Below are positions 11,578-22,673 of a stretch of 64,000 bases of DNA, piece by piece (position 1 is the stretch's first letter; each line of letters starts with the position of its first letter). The translations under genes and the position numbers were made by a program. Under the pieces are notes generated by a model, which saw nothing but the letters and a program-made list of their open reading frames with translations, searched no databases and was not told the origin of the DNA. Source of the stretch: Camelus dromedarius. Its lineage: Eukaryota. Location of the stretch: the NCBI RefSeq assembly GCF_036321535.1, contig NC_087437.1, forward strand, positions 116,438,001 through 116,502,000, read 5' to 3'.

Positions 11578-14500
11578 ATTATCAAAACCCTCCAACCTCG
11601 TCACATCAAAGAAAGTAACCTCTTTAAACAACTAATTGAAACAGTAATGGTGTTCTCCCGCAGAAGCCTTGTTAGTAACTTCCCATATCCTGTCTGATCC
11701 TAAGATGCTCGCCACTCACGCTGCTGTTTGCAACTTGCTCTCCCCTGGTCCTTCAGTGCCCGACCTGTGATCAAGGAAAATCCCCACAATCCCATCCTGA
11801 AGACTAAAGACCTTTAAGTTCCAGGATCAGAGGATGTCACCTGGGGTTCACGGACCACCCACAGAGTCCAGGGATGGAACTGGATTTCAGCAGAATGAGC
11901 TTCCCTCCTCATTCTCTGCACTGCCTTTCCCGCATGTCAAAGCACTCTTCTGAGAAGGGACGGCAGGCTTCATTAGACTTCCCAAGTGGCCCAAGGCATA
12001 GGAAAAAGGAGCAGGGAAATCTTTGGGAGATTGGATTAAAAATCCTAACTGAAGCAAAAACTTAACTTTCCAAGTCTAACCACTGGCTCCTTCGAGTCTG
12101 TAAGCAAACGCAGCTCTGTTTTGTGGAGAGAAAAAGGAAGGGGGTGTGAGGCACCCCTCGGGATTGTCAGCTGGTCCAAAAGCAGGTGGAAGCTCCAAAC
12201 TGACCATGACTGGCATACGGGAGCATCACCTATGACGCTTACGCATTTTTGCTAAAACTCTTCATCTGATCTTAAAATTCACGGACAATTAAAGATAAGT
12301 GGGGACAACTCACATAAGCTCTTAAAATTCCTTTACTTCTTCCAGTGGAAACACTTTGTTCCCATTTCCAAAATTCCAAGGGAAAATGATGGTGAGAATC
12401 ATCAAGACAGGATAAAAACATTTAGGTTTTCCTAGTGCTTCATAGGGTCTGATAGATATTAATGCCAAGAAAAAAAAAGTCACTCAGATGTGGAGTCCCA
12501 ACTTGACAAATTCAGTGCAGCTGATATTTGAGCAACTAATTGATTTATTTACTGAAACAACAACAACAACAAAAGAAAAAAACAGAGTGCGTTTGAGACT
12601 GGAAATTGCCTGTATGACAGAAAGTTTCCTAATTCCAACGGACAGCCGTAATTTTCCCTATGCTAATTTGAGCTTTGCACTAACATAATTAAAACTGTAG
12701 TCAACAGACTGGGTCTCCTTTTTTCCACTCTATAAACAAGTCTGTAAAATCATCTCATTACTTTATCCAGAGAGCCCAGCAGAACCCATCTTAAAGGAAG
12801 TTACCTATAAAGAAGGGCTATTTTATTTTAACAGGGGATTAAAAAGAGTCCACTTGAAGTCACTTTTAAAGTCCTCTTGAGGTGTATACAACATAGCAAT
12901 AATGCAGTGGAATCAAATGTTAAAGCAAACGGAGAGTCCGACCCGGACAAATGTAAACTTTCTCCAAATCCACCCTGAAATTCACCAAACAGGCAAGCTT
13001 CAAAAACATCCTCATATCTTCAGAAATGTATACTTTAATTTAAACAGTATGACATGTGTATGTTTTGCAAAATGTACCTCACACTCTAAAGGATGGTCTG
13101 TTATTTCAGTGTCCTTCAATACACAGGCTTTTCTGAAACATACGCACACACATACACACCATGGTACTCAAGCTCTTCCAAATCTAACACAGAACATTAG
13201 ATTCAATTGCTATGAAATATGGACACAAGTAAGGGTAAAAATAGGAATTAAAAGGGTAGCATTTGGGGTTATAAAATCAAATAATTCCTGTTCATGTAGC
13301 TGAAAGACGTCAAACCCCGGATTTTAAAATTCCTTTCTCTGTAGTTTTTTTTTTTTTACAGACTTTAATCCTTGAAGCCAAAGAAAGAAACATCTCTGTA
13401 AGACTGGATTCCTTGATACATGAATTTTTTACACATTACTGTACATACCTTGAAAAATAAAGCATACATTGAGAAATAAAAACTGAACAGAACTTCTGAA
13501 ACACAGTTTAGACAACAGGCATTCATTAAGTCCTCTCCTACAAACATTTCAAAGCAAACCAAGGAGGATTTTTGAAACTGTCTTGGCCCAATTCTGGGCA
13601 AACTTCCAGATGCATGAGCCTTCTAATTAACTACAACCCTTGAGGAAAACAAAACCAAGGCTTCTCACCTAGATGCGGCAAAGAGAAAGACATCCCACCC
13701 AGAAAGCTTTCTTTTTCCTCCTTTCGGTATCTGTTTTCGGTGCTGATTTTTTATCTTCATTTCTACAAATGTCACCAAGGCACGGTGGCCTTGAAAACAA
13801 TGCAACAGACCAGCACTTCATGGACTCTGCCCTTCTGACTTGAACAAACCACCAAATTGGCTTCACATCCAGGAACCAGTCCACATTTACATTCCCACCT
13901 ATGTGAACTCACCTCCACCTTCATCTCTCTACACTATCAACCAAAAACATTAGTGAAAAAATCAACACATGAGACCCCACACTCCAGAGCACAGAGAAGC
14001 GACAGGCCACAGCTCTCCCGTTCCCACAGACCAGCCATCGCGAGGAAGAAAGTTTACTCACAGTGCAGAGGAGCAAGGACTTTATTAAAGATAAATACAT
14101 AACCAAACAAACCGAATTACCACCATTCGAGTTAAGAGAACGCTCCGTTCTCCGCATGAAGGTTCCAAAAATCAAGTCAACATTTGCACGTCCCATGACA
14201 AAGCGCCACTCGCCCGGGTATCTCTCCATGTCCGTTGGGACTGGCCGGCACCCCTGATGCCAGGGAATCACTCATGAACATCCGAAAGTCCAACATTTCC
14301 AAGCCCATCTTTTTCTCTGCCCCTGCCCTCCAACCTCTCCACATCCATGGCCTTCCAGCAGACACACATCCAGGCGCCGGGACAGAGGTAAAGAACAGGA
14401 AAATTCAGACGCGCTCTGGAAAGCTTTTGCAAAAGTCATCCACCGCACTCAACAGTGAATTTAGAAACCCCAATTTTTTTCTGAGTTTGAAGTTTTTAAG

Positions 14501-14683
14501 CCTTGCGGATGGTTGGAGTAGGAAAAAGGAAATTTACTAGGCAGTGCAAAGGAAATCTTGTTGTCCTCTATTGTGGCAGTGGGGGTGTTGCCCAATCCTA
14601 ACTTATCTGCGTTGATAAAGGAAACCAAAGAAAGAGAGTACCGAGCATAAGATTTTGCCAAGTGAGAGGAGCCCTCTCCTTAC

Positions 14684-14701
14684 CTTAATCGTGCTGGCCA
14701 T
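14684..14701 (-). CDS. ERG: ERG first coding micro-exon (MASTIK) of the proximal-promoter isoform; the rest of the CDS lies outside the window, beyond base 1
   Basis: The minus strand reads ATGGCCAGCACGATTAAG|GTAAGG: M-A-S-T-I-K, then a phase-0 GT donor at 14683. Kozak context is strong (attATGG: -3 A, +4 G). MASTIK is the recalled N-terminus of ERG (MASTIKEALSVVSEDQ...), and the adjacent UTR matches the recalled human ERG 5'UTR. Confidence 0.93.
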
Positions 14702-14800
14702 AATGCAATCACGTTTATTGATCGCTAATAAATGTTAATAATAATTATTGCTTCTCTCTGACCAGAAAGGAGTTTTGATGAGGTTGTTTAGAGCGGATGA
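14702..14800 (-). other. ERG: ERG 5'UTR of the MASTIK exon; TSS at approximately 14800-14825
   Basis: The minus strand reads ATCCGCTCTAAACAACCTCATCAAAACTCCTTTCTGGTCAGAGAGAAGCAATAATTATTATTAACATTTATTAGCGATCAATAAACGTGATTGCATT, near-identical to my recollection of the human mRNA. There is no upstream ATG in 14702-14820. The TSS position is inferred. Confidence 0.85.
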
Positions 14801-15420
14801 GATTGTGCTAAGTCTGGGAAATGAAGTCAGCCAATGGCAGGAAGAGGTTTCTATTGGTCCTGGCCGCCCAGCCCGAAGAAACAGGATATTTGGGAGTGGA
14901 GAGATAAGAGACCCTGAAAACAATGTTGTTTTTCTTGATGATATGCAGCCAGGAGAATTTTTTTTTAATTAAAAAAAAAAAAAAGACATCAATTGCCCGG
15001 GCCTGGGATTGCCACAGCAGGTGTGACCCGGTGTACGGCCGTGTGACACGCCGCCCCGGGCAGGATGCAGATGTGGCCGGACTCCGCATGGCTTCACGTG
15101 GGCGGCGGGCATCTTGGTCCTGGGGCGTGGAGGGCACCCAGGGACCAGGCCAACTGGGGCCCCATCTCCCAAGACCCGCCACACACCTGGGACACAGGAC
15201 TCGAGCCCCCCGCCCCACTCCCGGCTCCTTTCTCATAAAAGGAAACTTTGCAGGTGGAACTTATTTCACATTAATAGGCGACGATGTTTAATGGCAGCCA
15301 TTCGCCTGCTGATTTTTAACCACCTTCATTTGTTCAACAGAATAGTTTCATTTTCTCCTTCCAAACATATGTCATTGCTATTGGCGCCCCAATTAACCGG
15401 TTGAAAATGCAGACTCTTGA
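14801..15420 (-). promoter_or_regulatory. ERG: ERG proximal promoter
   Basis: Lies immediately upstream of the exon. Motifs: CCAAT 14831-14835, ETS CAGGAAG 14838-14844, ATTGG 14853-14857, GC box CCGCCC 14864-14869, AAACAGGAT 14879-14887, GATA AGATAAG 14902-14908, SOX AACAATG 14919-14925. There is a CpG-enriched patch at ~14995-15230 and no recognisable repeats. Confidence 0.8.
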
Positions 15421-16021
15421 ATTAAAGTAACTAAAAGAAATAAAGAGGAAAATAAACCTGTCAAATTCTTGCTTTCAAATATTTATTTAAAAACCAAATG
15501 CTCTGAATGACTACAGATGCTTCATTATTATCCGCAAGCTGGCCCCACTTGGACAAACATCCCCGTTGCAGGCCACAGGCCCCGAGAGAACTCCCGGAGA
15601 CACGGAGATGCCCCATCCTCATGAAATGTTTTTAAATCCAAGCTGTAAGTTCAGGGCCACACGTCCGTTTTCCACCCGAAGGAAGCCCACTTAATGCAGG
15701 CCTGAACATTCCTCAGAGGATTCCAGGCCTTTTAATTACTCATTTTCAGGAAATTACTTGTTCTCTGGAAGAAATAACATTTTGCTTTGAATCTAGCTAC
15801 GCTAGTTAAAGTTGGACCAGTAAAGAGGTGTGGTCTCCACCGGGGACCCACAGAACACAATGGACCAAACCCTGAGTCATCCAGCCGCGCTGGGCTTCAG
15901 AGGCGGAGGGTCAGGGACTTGGTTTCACTCAGACGTCAGGCCTGCCCACGTCAGAGCTCGAGAAACGAGGCTGGGTTTCTGTGTCTTTTACTGTCCCCAT
16001 GACTTCCCCTAGTGTCAGGAC

Positions 16022-16186
16022 AGAGGAAAGAGAAGGAAAGATGAGGAGGGGGAGAAAAGAGAAAAAGAGAGAAAGAGAGAGAGAAGGAGGGAGAAAGAGA
16101 AAGAGAGGAAAGAAGGAAAGAAAGGGAAAGAAAAAGAGGAAGGAAGGAAAATAGAGAGAAAGGGGGAGAGAGAGAAAGCGAGAAAA
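16022..16186 (+). repeat. Polypurine (GA-rich) low-complexity tract
   Basis: About 165 nt almost entirely A/G. Confidence 0.95.
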
Positions 16187-19049
16187 TGTAGGAAATCTTG
16201 TTCTGTGTAAAACTCAGAACCTGCCGCGCTGTCAGCATCCACATTTTGAGGGGATGTTGACTTCCGCTCTTTTCATCTCTGAACAATAAATGAAATGGGA
16301 GGCTGATTAAGACTGTGTTTCCCCTAAAATTTCAAAGTCCTGAGTTGTTTTATCTGGGCAGCTTCCGCCAGGATTCAGGAGTGCTGGGAAAAGGGCTCTC
16401 TCGGCTCCACCGAGATTCCTTGATTTTCAGCGTTAACCGTAGGACCCCAATAAGCAGTGCTCTGCTACAGAGTTCCCCGAGAGCAGCCTTGAGGAGGGAG
16501 ACCCCTGTGCTAACAAAACCAGCCGTGGAAGAGAGTTCCCTGTGGCCCTCTCCCCACTGCCGCCTGGCCTCCAACCCAGCCCTTCTCTTGTCCTCTGCAC
16601 TGGGGAAGCATCAGCACTTAATGGGGAGCTAATTCTCCCTTCAGGGCCTGCCCTTCACTCCTTGGTTCTGGGCTAATTCAAATCAAACAGCAAAGAGTCA
16701 GTGTTTAAACTCTTTATTTGGAAATAATCTCAAACTTAAGAGAAAAATTACAAGATAATACAAAGCGTTACTAACATCCTGCACAAGTCACTCCCCCTTT
16801 GGTCATTTATTCCATTTACTTTGCGCTCTCTCTCCATCTCTGTCTCTCTATGTGTATCTATGTATATACAAACATGTATTTTATTCTTTAATAAAATTTT
16901 ATTCGAGACTAATACCTTAGCCTGGAACTTACAAACCAAACCCAGTGCTACTCTTTGGTCTGTTTCCTGAAGGGTGTATCCGTAAGTTTCACTGCGTCTA
17001 ATTTTGAAAACGCATACACTACAAAAAGAGATGCAAGAAAAATGCAGTTTTGAGATAATGAGTTATAAATCCAGTTACAAAACTGTAAAAATGCACATCT
17101 TCCTCGTCTCTAGTGGTAAATGTTGATTGATTTCTATCATCTTCAAAGAAAGTTACTCGTCACACCTACAACAGCAGAGGGCACCATCTCTGACATTTGG
17201 AGGCAAAGTTCTTTAAAAAAAAAAAAAACCACAAACTTCAACTGGCGGCTGATTAAGGCACATCTATGAATTAGACTCCAGGAGTGCAGAAACCACTTCC
17301 CAAATATTATTCAGGAGGAGGTCGTCTGAAGATCACTCTACCCTCCCAGCACCGCTACCCAAGCCTCTGCTGTTAAATGGCCTCAATGCCAGATCACGCA
17401 GGAGCCGAAGGACCGGGCTGTCCCTCCACCTAGACACCATCCCTCCTGGGGGGAAGCCACCCTTCAGGTCACCATGCAGATCCATTTCAGGAGCAATATA
17501 AGTGGCCTCCACCCGGGTCATCCGGCCATGAATGCGTCAGGACAGGATCCTTTTCCACCCCAACCTGGGACACAGCAAACACCATGCTGGAACAGCGTGC
17601 TCCCCCTACCCCAGCACCTGTGGGAGAAAACTGCATGTTCCCATTTTGTACTCACCCATCCTGGAGCCATTACCCATGAATTTACCAAAGCCTGTTCATC
17701 TCTTACTCCAAATGCGAAAGGAAAGAATGTAAAACAGACCGAACACTTTCTCATAAAAGGAACACTGTGATTTATTTGTCCTGAAACCACGCCTTCCCAT
17801 TTTCTAAACAGTCAACAAGTTGTCATCCTTGTTCTCCGACAAACTTCTCTGTGTGGCATCTACAGAGGAAGGTCAGAGTCGAGAACAGTCTGGATGAAGG
17901 CAATGTGGGTCTGAAAACGATGTCTGAGTGTGTAGCAAAGAGGTTAACGGGCCACCAACTTGGATGGAGACGCAACAGAAGATCCCCTCATGACTGACCT
18001 GACTGATCCTCGCATACAATGAAATAATCATCACTGAAATACCGCAGGAAAACGATGTCACAGATGAATGCTTACAGGGATACAGAAAACTATCATATGA
18101 GGTCTGCTAAGTTAAGTCAGGCTGTAAAGGAGAATTACATCCCAGACTCATTTTGTTAAAAATGAAAAGGCAAAGTAGAAATATGGGTTGGTTACATGCT
18201 ACAGGACGAATGGGAGAGACTCTTTCCTTTTTTGTACCTTCCACCCTTCTCCTTTGGCTCATCCGTATTTTCAAAACACTCACAATAACTTCAATAAAAA
18301 TAGATAAATAAATAATAAAGTCGAGTAAAATTGGCTCCCCTGTCCTACAAGTTCTGCTTACTACGTCCAGCGAGCCAGTGTCATGGGGAAGGAAGCGAGG
18401 AACAGGGCAGGGGAGTTCTCGGGTGAATGGAACTTAAGAAACCCAAAGCCCAAATGCACATCATGGTCCATGATTAGATACTGATACGAACAAATGAGAA
18501 GTCAAAGACTTTTCCAGGACTGCTAGAGAAATCGGAATAGATGAAGGCGGTTCCATCATATTATATTTATCATTAACTATACAGCTTCAATAATGCTTTT
18601 GTAGGAAAATGTCCTTATTACATAGAGCTGTTCCCTGAAATACTGAAGATGAAAGTGTAATAATTTCTATCATTTGTTTAAAAGAATTCACCGAAACTAA
18701 CACCATGCAAATCTGACAAGATGGTCCAATCGTCAAATCTCTAACTATATGAGGCTCCATCCTATTATCTGCTCTACTGTTTTTGAGTTTTAAAATTTTT
18801 GTAATACAGTGTTAAATAAACATTTCCCATAGATTTCTCTCTTTAAAAATCAGATACAATAAACATAGGCTACATTTTAACGTGGAAGTTCCATGAGTAA
18901 CGTGCAATGTTCTCCATTTTTTGTCAGTGTCTGTATAACATGCGGCACATGAAACCTACATTGTCAGGCCCCGTGTTGTCCTCACCAAAATGCACATCCT
19001 CATATTTCCCTGTGCTACACAGGAGGTCCTTGTTGTTTGCCACTGTCTT

Positions 19050-19190
19050 TTTTTAACACCTTCATTGTGGTGTGGTTCCTGTGCAGTAAACTACACATAT
19101 TTCAGACGTACACTCTGATGGATTTTGATAGACGTACACACCCAGGAAGCCACCACCACCACCAAGAAAGCTAACACTTCCATCACTCCC
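19050..19190 (-). mobile_element. Ancient L1 3' terminus
   Basis: ttttttaacaccttcattgtggtgtggtt...aaactacacatattt...aacacttccatcactcccc, typical of reversed L1M ends. Confidence 0.65.
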
Positions 19191-22128
19191 CGAGAGGTGC
19201 AGTTTTCGGGCTGGATTAGCACGTTGCTTGATGTACTTAGGAGGTCGATCGTGAATTCCTTAGACTTGCCGCTGGCAATCATTAAAGGATGTCTGATTAG
19301 ACAGATGGTGACCAGAAGCCTGAGATGATCTTCAAGTGACAGTGTCATTATTTTCTTGTGACTTTAGCTTTACGACTATGATACAATTCTACGTAAAACT
19401 AAAATGGCATTAGCTGTTAGGGTTACCAAATTGGAAATTATTTTAGAGGCTATTTTAAAGACATAGGAAGCCATAACAAGTATTTGTACCTTGGAGCGCT
19501 CATTCATAGAATCCAAAGAGTTTAGAGTGACATAGAAATATTCATTATTCACCAGTACGTATTCATGATGTTCACTTTCAGTATTTTTAATTCGGGTTAT
19601 TTTTTCACCTCCTAAGAGGAGTATGTTTATTGGTTGAAGATGGGACATGCTTAAGACAGTAATTCTACTTCAGAGCTTTGACTATATTGTGCATTGTACG
19701 ATGAATTTATTATAGAATATTTTGGTTTTCCTACACGTAAAATAGAGGTATTGATTTTTTTTAATGCACACTTCTTTTTAGAATAGCTCTTTTTGATTAA
19801 TTTTAGTAAGGAACACAGGAGACGCTCCTGTGTTTTGTGATGGTCCTAGCATTATTCCATCCAGCCAATATTCAGTGAGTGTCTTTTCCCTGCCTGGCCC
19901 TCTGCTGGGCACTGGGAAACAAGAGGGCCAGGACTCTGTCCAGTCCCTGGTGTCTGCATTCAGGAAGCCTGTGTCCGGCGACTCAAATTCCGCCCACACA
20001 AAACTGCAGAGCCTGGGACCGACCATGAAATGCAGACTCTTTAAGGGCAAAACAATAGGACAAAAGTGCTGTGTATTGTCCCTAAGATGACACATGAATC
20101 TTAAAATGTGTAACGTTTGGATTATTCACGAGAACCTTGCAAGAAGGACGTCCCAAGGATTCTTGCCAGGGACGTGCCTGCGACTGCAGATAAGGATCTG
20201 CACCTGGAGCTGCCCCCACAGTGGAAAACTCCATCCCTCAGTGGAACTTTTCCATCTCTGTCAGTTGGAGGCTTCTCCTGAGAACAGATACAGCATAGGG
20301 CACTCTTAGTCCCCACAGTCACCCACCTTATCCTGGTTAAAGACCGTCTTTCTCTTCAGAGCGCAGCCAGGAGCACGGTTTCACTCCATTGGGTAAGGCT
20401 GGCGGGGTGCATATCCTCCAGCAGCACCTTAAGCAATCATCCAATTACAATTTTAATAACTATTGTTTCAACACTTTCTCACTTTCTCTAAGTGGTTAGC
20501 ATATTCTTCAGCATCTTGGTTGATCTGAACTAATCTAAACCAAGGAAGCTGTTATCACACACTAAATCCTCAACTTCTCAACACCGAGCTGCAACTTCCT
20601 TCATTCTGAAGCATGTTATGTCAAGTTCGGTTCTATGGGCTCAAATGGAGCAATGATTTCAGGGGCGCAATTTCATAAGCATCACAAGTATTCTCCCATT
20701 TTGCCAACTCTGCCTCTTACCCAACTCCAGTGCTTCTAAAAATGCAAGAAGTATTAAAACCAGGATCAGGAACCCTAAATATGTCAACTTATTACTTGTG
20801 GCTTAAAAAAAAATTAAGAAGCAAAAACGAAAGAAACAAGAGTAATTATTTTGACACAATAATTTTGTTAAAAGGATATTTAAATTTCCTGTTTCAGTGA
20901 TCATGTGTCTATATACAATTTGTGAACCATTAAATGCATTTCAAGGTCTTCATCCATATAACTGAGGCATAAATGAGTATATATGTTATAGTCATCAAAT
21001 TGCCACTGGCCACCACAAGGCAGTCTGCATCCAGGTCACATAACCAGAGGGCACAAAGGTGTGTGGCTGTCTGCCTAAAAGCCATCCTGCTCCTCTGTCT
21101 GCTTCTCAGTTTGGGGTTTTGTGTCCCAAACACTGTCCTCAGCCATCATCCCTGGCCATCCTGAGAAGCTCCTCAGGGCTGCTGAAATTAACTCAAGATT
21201 TTGATCACTAGATAGTCTTTTAAATGTTTTTCCTACATGTGTCAGTCTCATTTATAAGATACTGGATGTCAACATTTATTCTTGTCTTGCTCTGTAATTA
21301 TTTTATAAATTATTTCTTAAAGAAAGATCATTCAAACAGCACCATCACGTCACCCAATTAATGGAAATTTCCAGAGACGCCTGCATTCAACAATTGCACG
21401 CCCTGTTTATTAAGGCTGCTTTTAGTCATGAATGGAGATGTCTTTTCTTTCCACATCACTGAACTGGTTTATGTATCTGCTGATTTGTTTACATTGCTCA
21501 CGGAAGCAGAGATGAAGCCAAGCAAGAAAATGTTTGCTGTAAATAATGCATTTTGATTCGCACGCGTGTGATCAGGCAACCTGCAGGCATCACCGAGCCC
21601 TAGACCCACACTTGAAGGCAAGTGTGTGGAACAGTCTGTCTCACTGTGACGGCTTGGCTAGTCGCTAGCTCATCTTGTATCCTCTCCTCTGCAAAGCGAG
21701 GTAAAGAAACCGTTTCCTCTTAGAGGTACAGAGTATAGGCCAATTTTTCTCAAATTCACCCTCATGAAAAAAAAATTTGTTTCATTCTGTTTAAATGCAC
21801 TGAATTGAATCAAAACTATGCTGTAGATTAATTCTTAGTTTTCATCTGATCCCAAAACAATCACAGCACATAATCTAGGAAAAACCACAGTATTTGGGGC
21901 CAAGTGGAAACGTTCTTTCTGAATGTATTGTCAGCGACAGGCCAGAACATAAGCAATCTGCCTAGAGGGTACTATTTTGTCCTTAACTTACAACCACAAA
22001 AAATCATTTTGCCTCAAGAATTTTAGGAAGCAATGACCTATTGGCTAAAAGAACTACACTGCTTTGTTCGCTACCTGGAAACCAGAAGTAAGCTTTGCAG
22101 GGAATTTCCTTTCGAATGGCTTGGATTA

Positions 22129-22147
22129 TTGCCACAAGAGGGCGCCA
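22129..22147 (+). promoter_or_regulatory. Candidate CTCF site
   Basis: TTGCCACAAGAGGGCGCCA closely matches the CTCF core CCASYAGRKGGCRS (13/14). Confidence 0.7.
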
Positions 22148-22436
22148 AATGTCCCTCTAAAAGGACCATAGAAAGCATGTGAGTACGCCTAAATCTTGCC
22201 TTCATATTTCTTGAATTGATATTATTATCCTAGAAAGTTGTCTCATTTTATCCATTAAAAATCAAAGTCCAACAGTCATAATGTAGACCTTTTTTCTGAA
22301 AATTTTAAATTGTTCATCATTGTGGAACATCAAGAAACAGAAATTATCTGCACAAGACTAAAGGCATCATTCTCCTGGCTGAGATTTGACCATGGATGCT
22401 GTCTAATGGTTCTGTATCACGGTTAATAATTTCAAA

Positions 22437-22673
22437 GAGAAAAGCATAGCTCAAGTGGCAGAGCGCATGCCCAGCACGCAAGAGGTCCTGGGTTCAATCC
22501 CCAGCACCTCCTCCAAGCAGAAATCAATGAATAAGCCTAATTACCCCACCTCGTGAAAAAAACAAACAATACAAGCAAAACGTGTGCTGTGAGACTGTTC
22601 CACAAATCGGTCTCATCCTTTCACAACACTGTAAACTGACTATACTTCAATAAAAATACATTTTAAAAAATAA
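22437..22673 (+). mobile_element. Camelid SINE joined to an L1 3' tail
   Basis: SINE at ~22437-22580 (gcatagctcaagtggcagag...ggttcaatcccc...cctaattacccc), then L1 tail cacaacactgtaaactgactatacttcaataaaaa at 22622-22670. Confidence 0.85.

Larger units (their letters stand above)
1..14683 (-). other. ERG: ERG intron downstream of the MASTIK exon (runs off the window)
   Basis: Begins at the GTAAGG donor (14683-14678). I found no sequence encoding the next exon (EALSVVSEDQSLFECAY...) in 1-14683. Confidence 0.85.

Noticed and set aside
13345..13369. Minus-strand ATTAAA followed by A13 as an intronic ERG poly(A) site or retrocopy tail
   Set aside because: The A-run is genomic and only ~6 nt from the hexamer, and there is no TSD. 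It would mainly cause oligo-dT internal priming artefacts.
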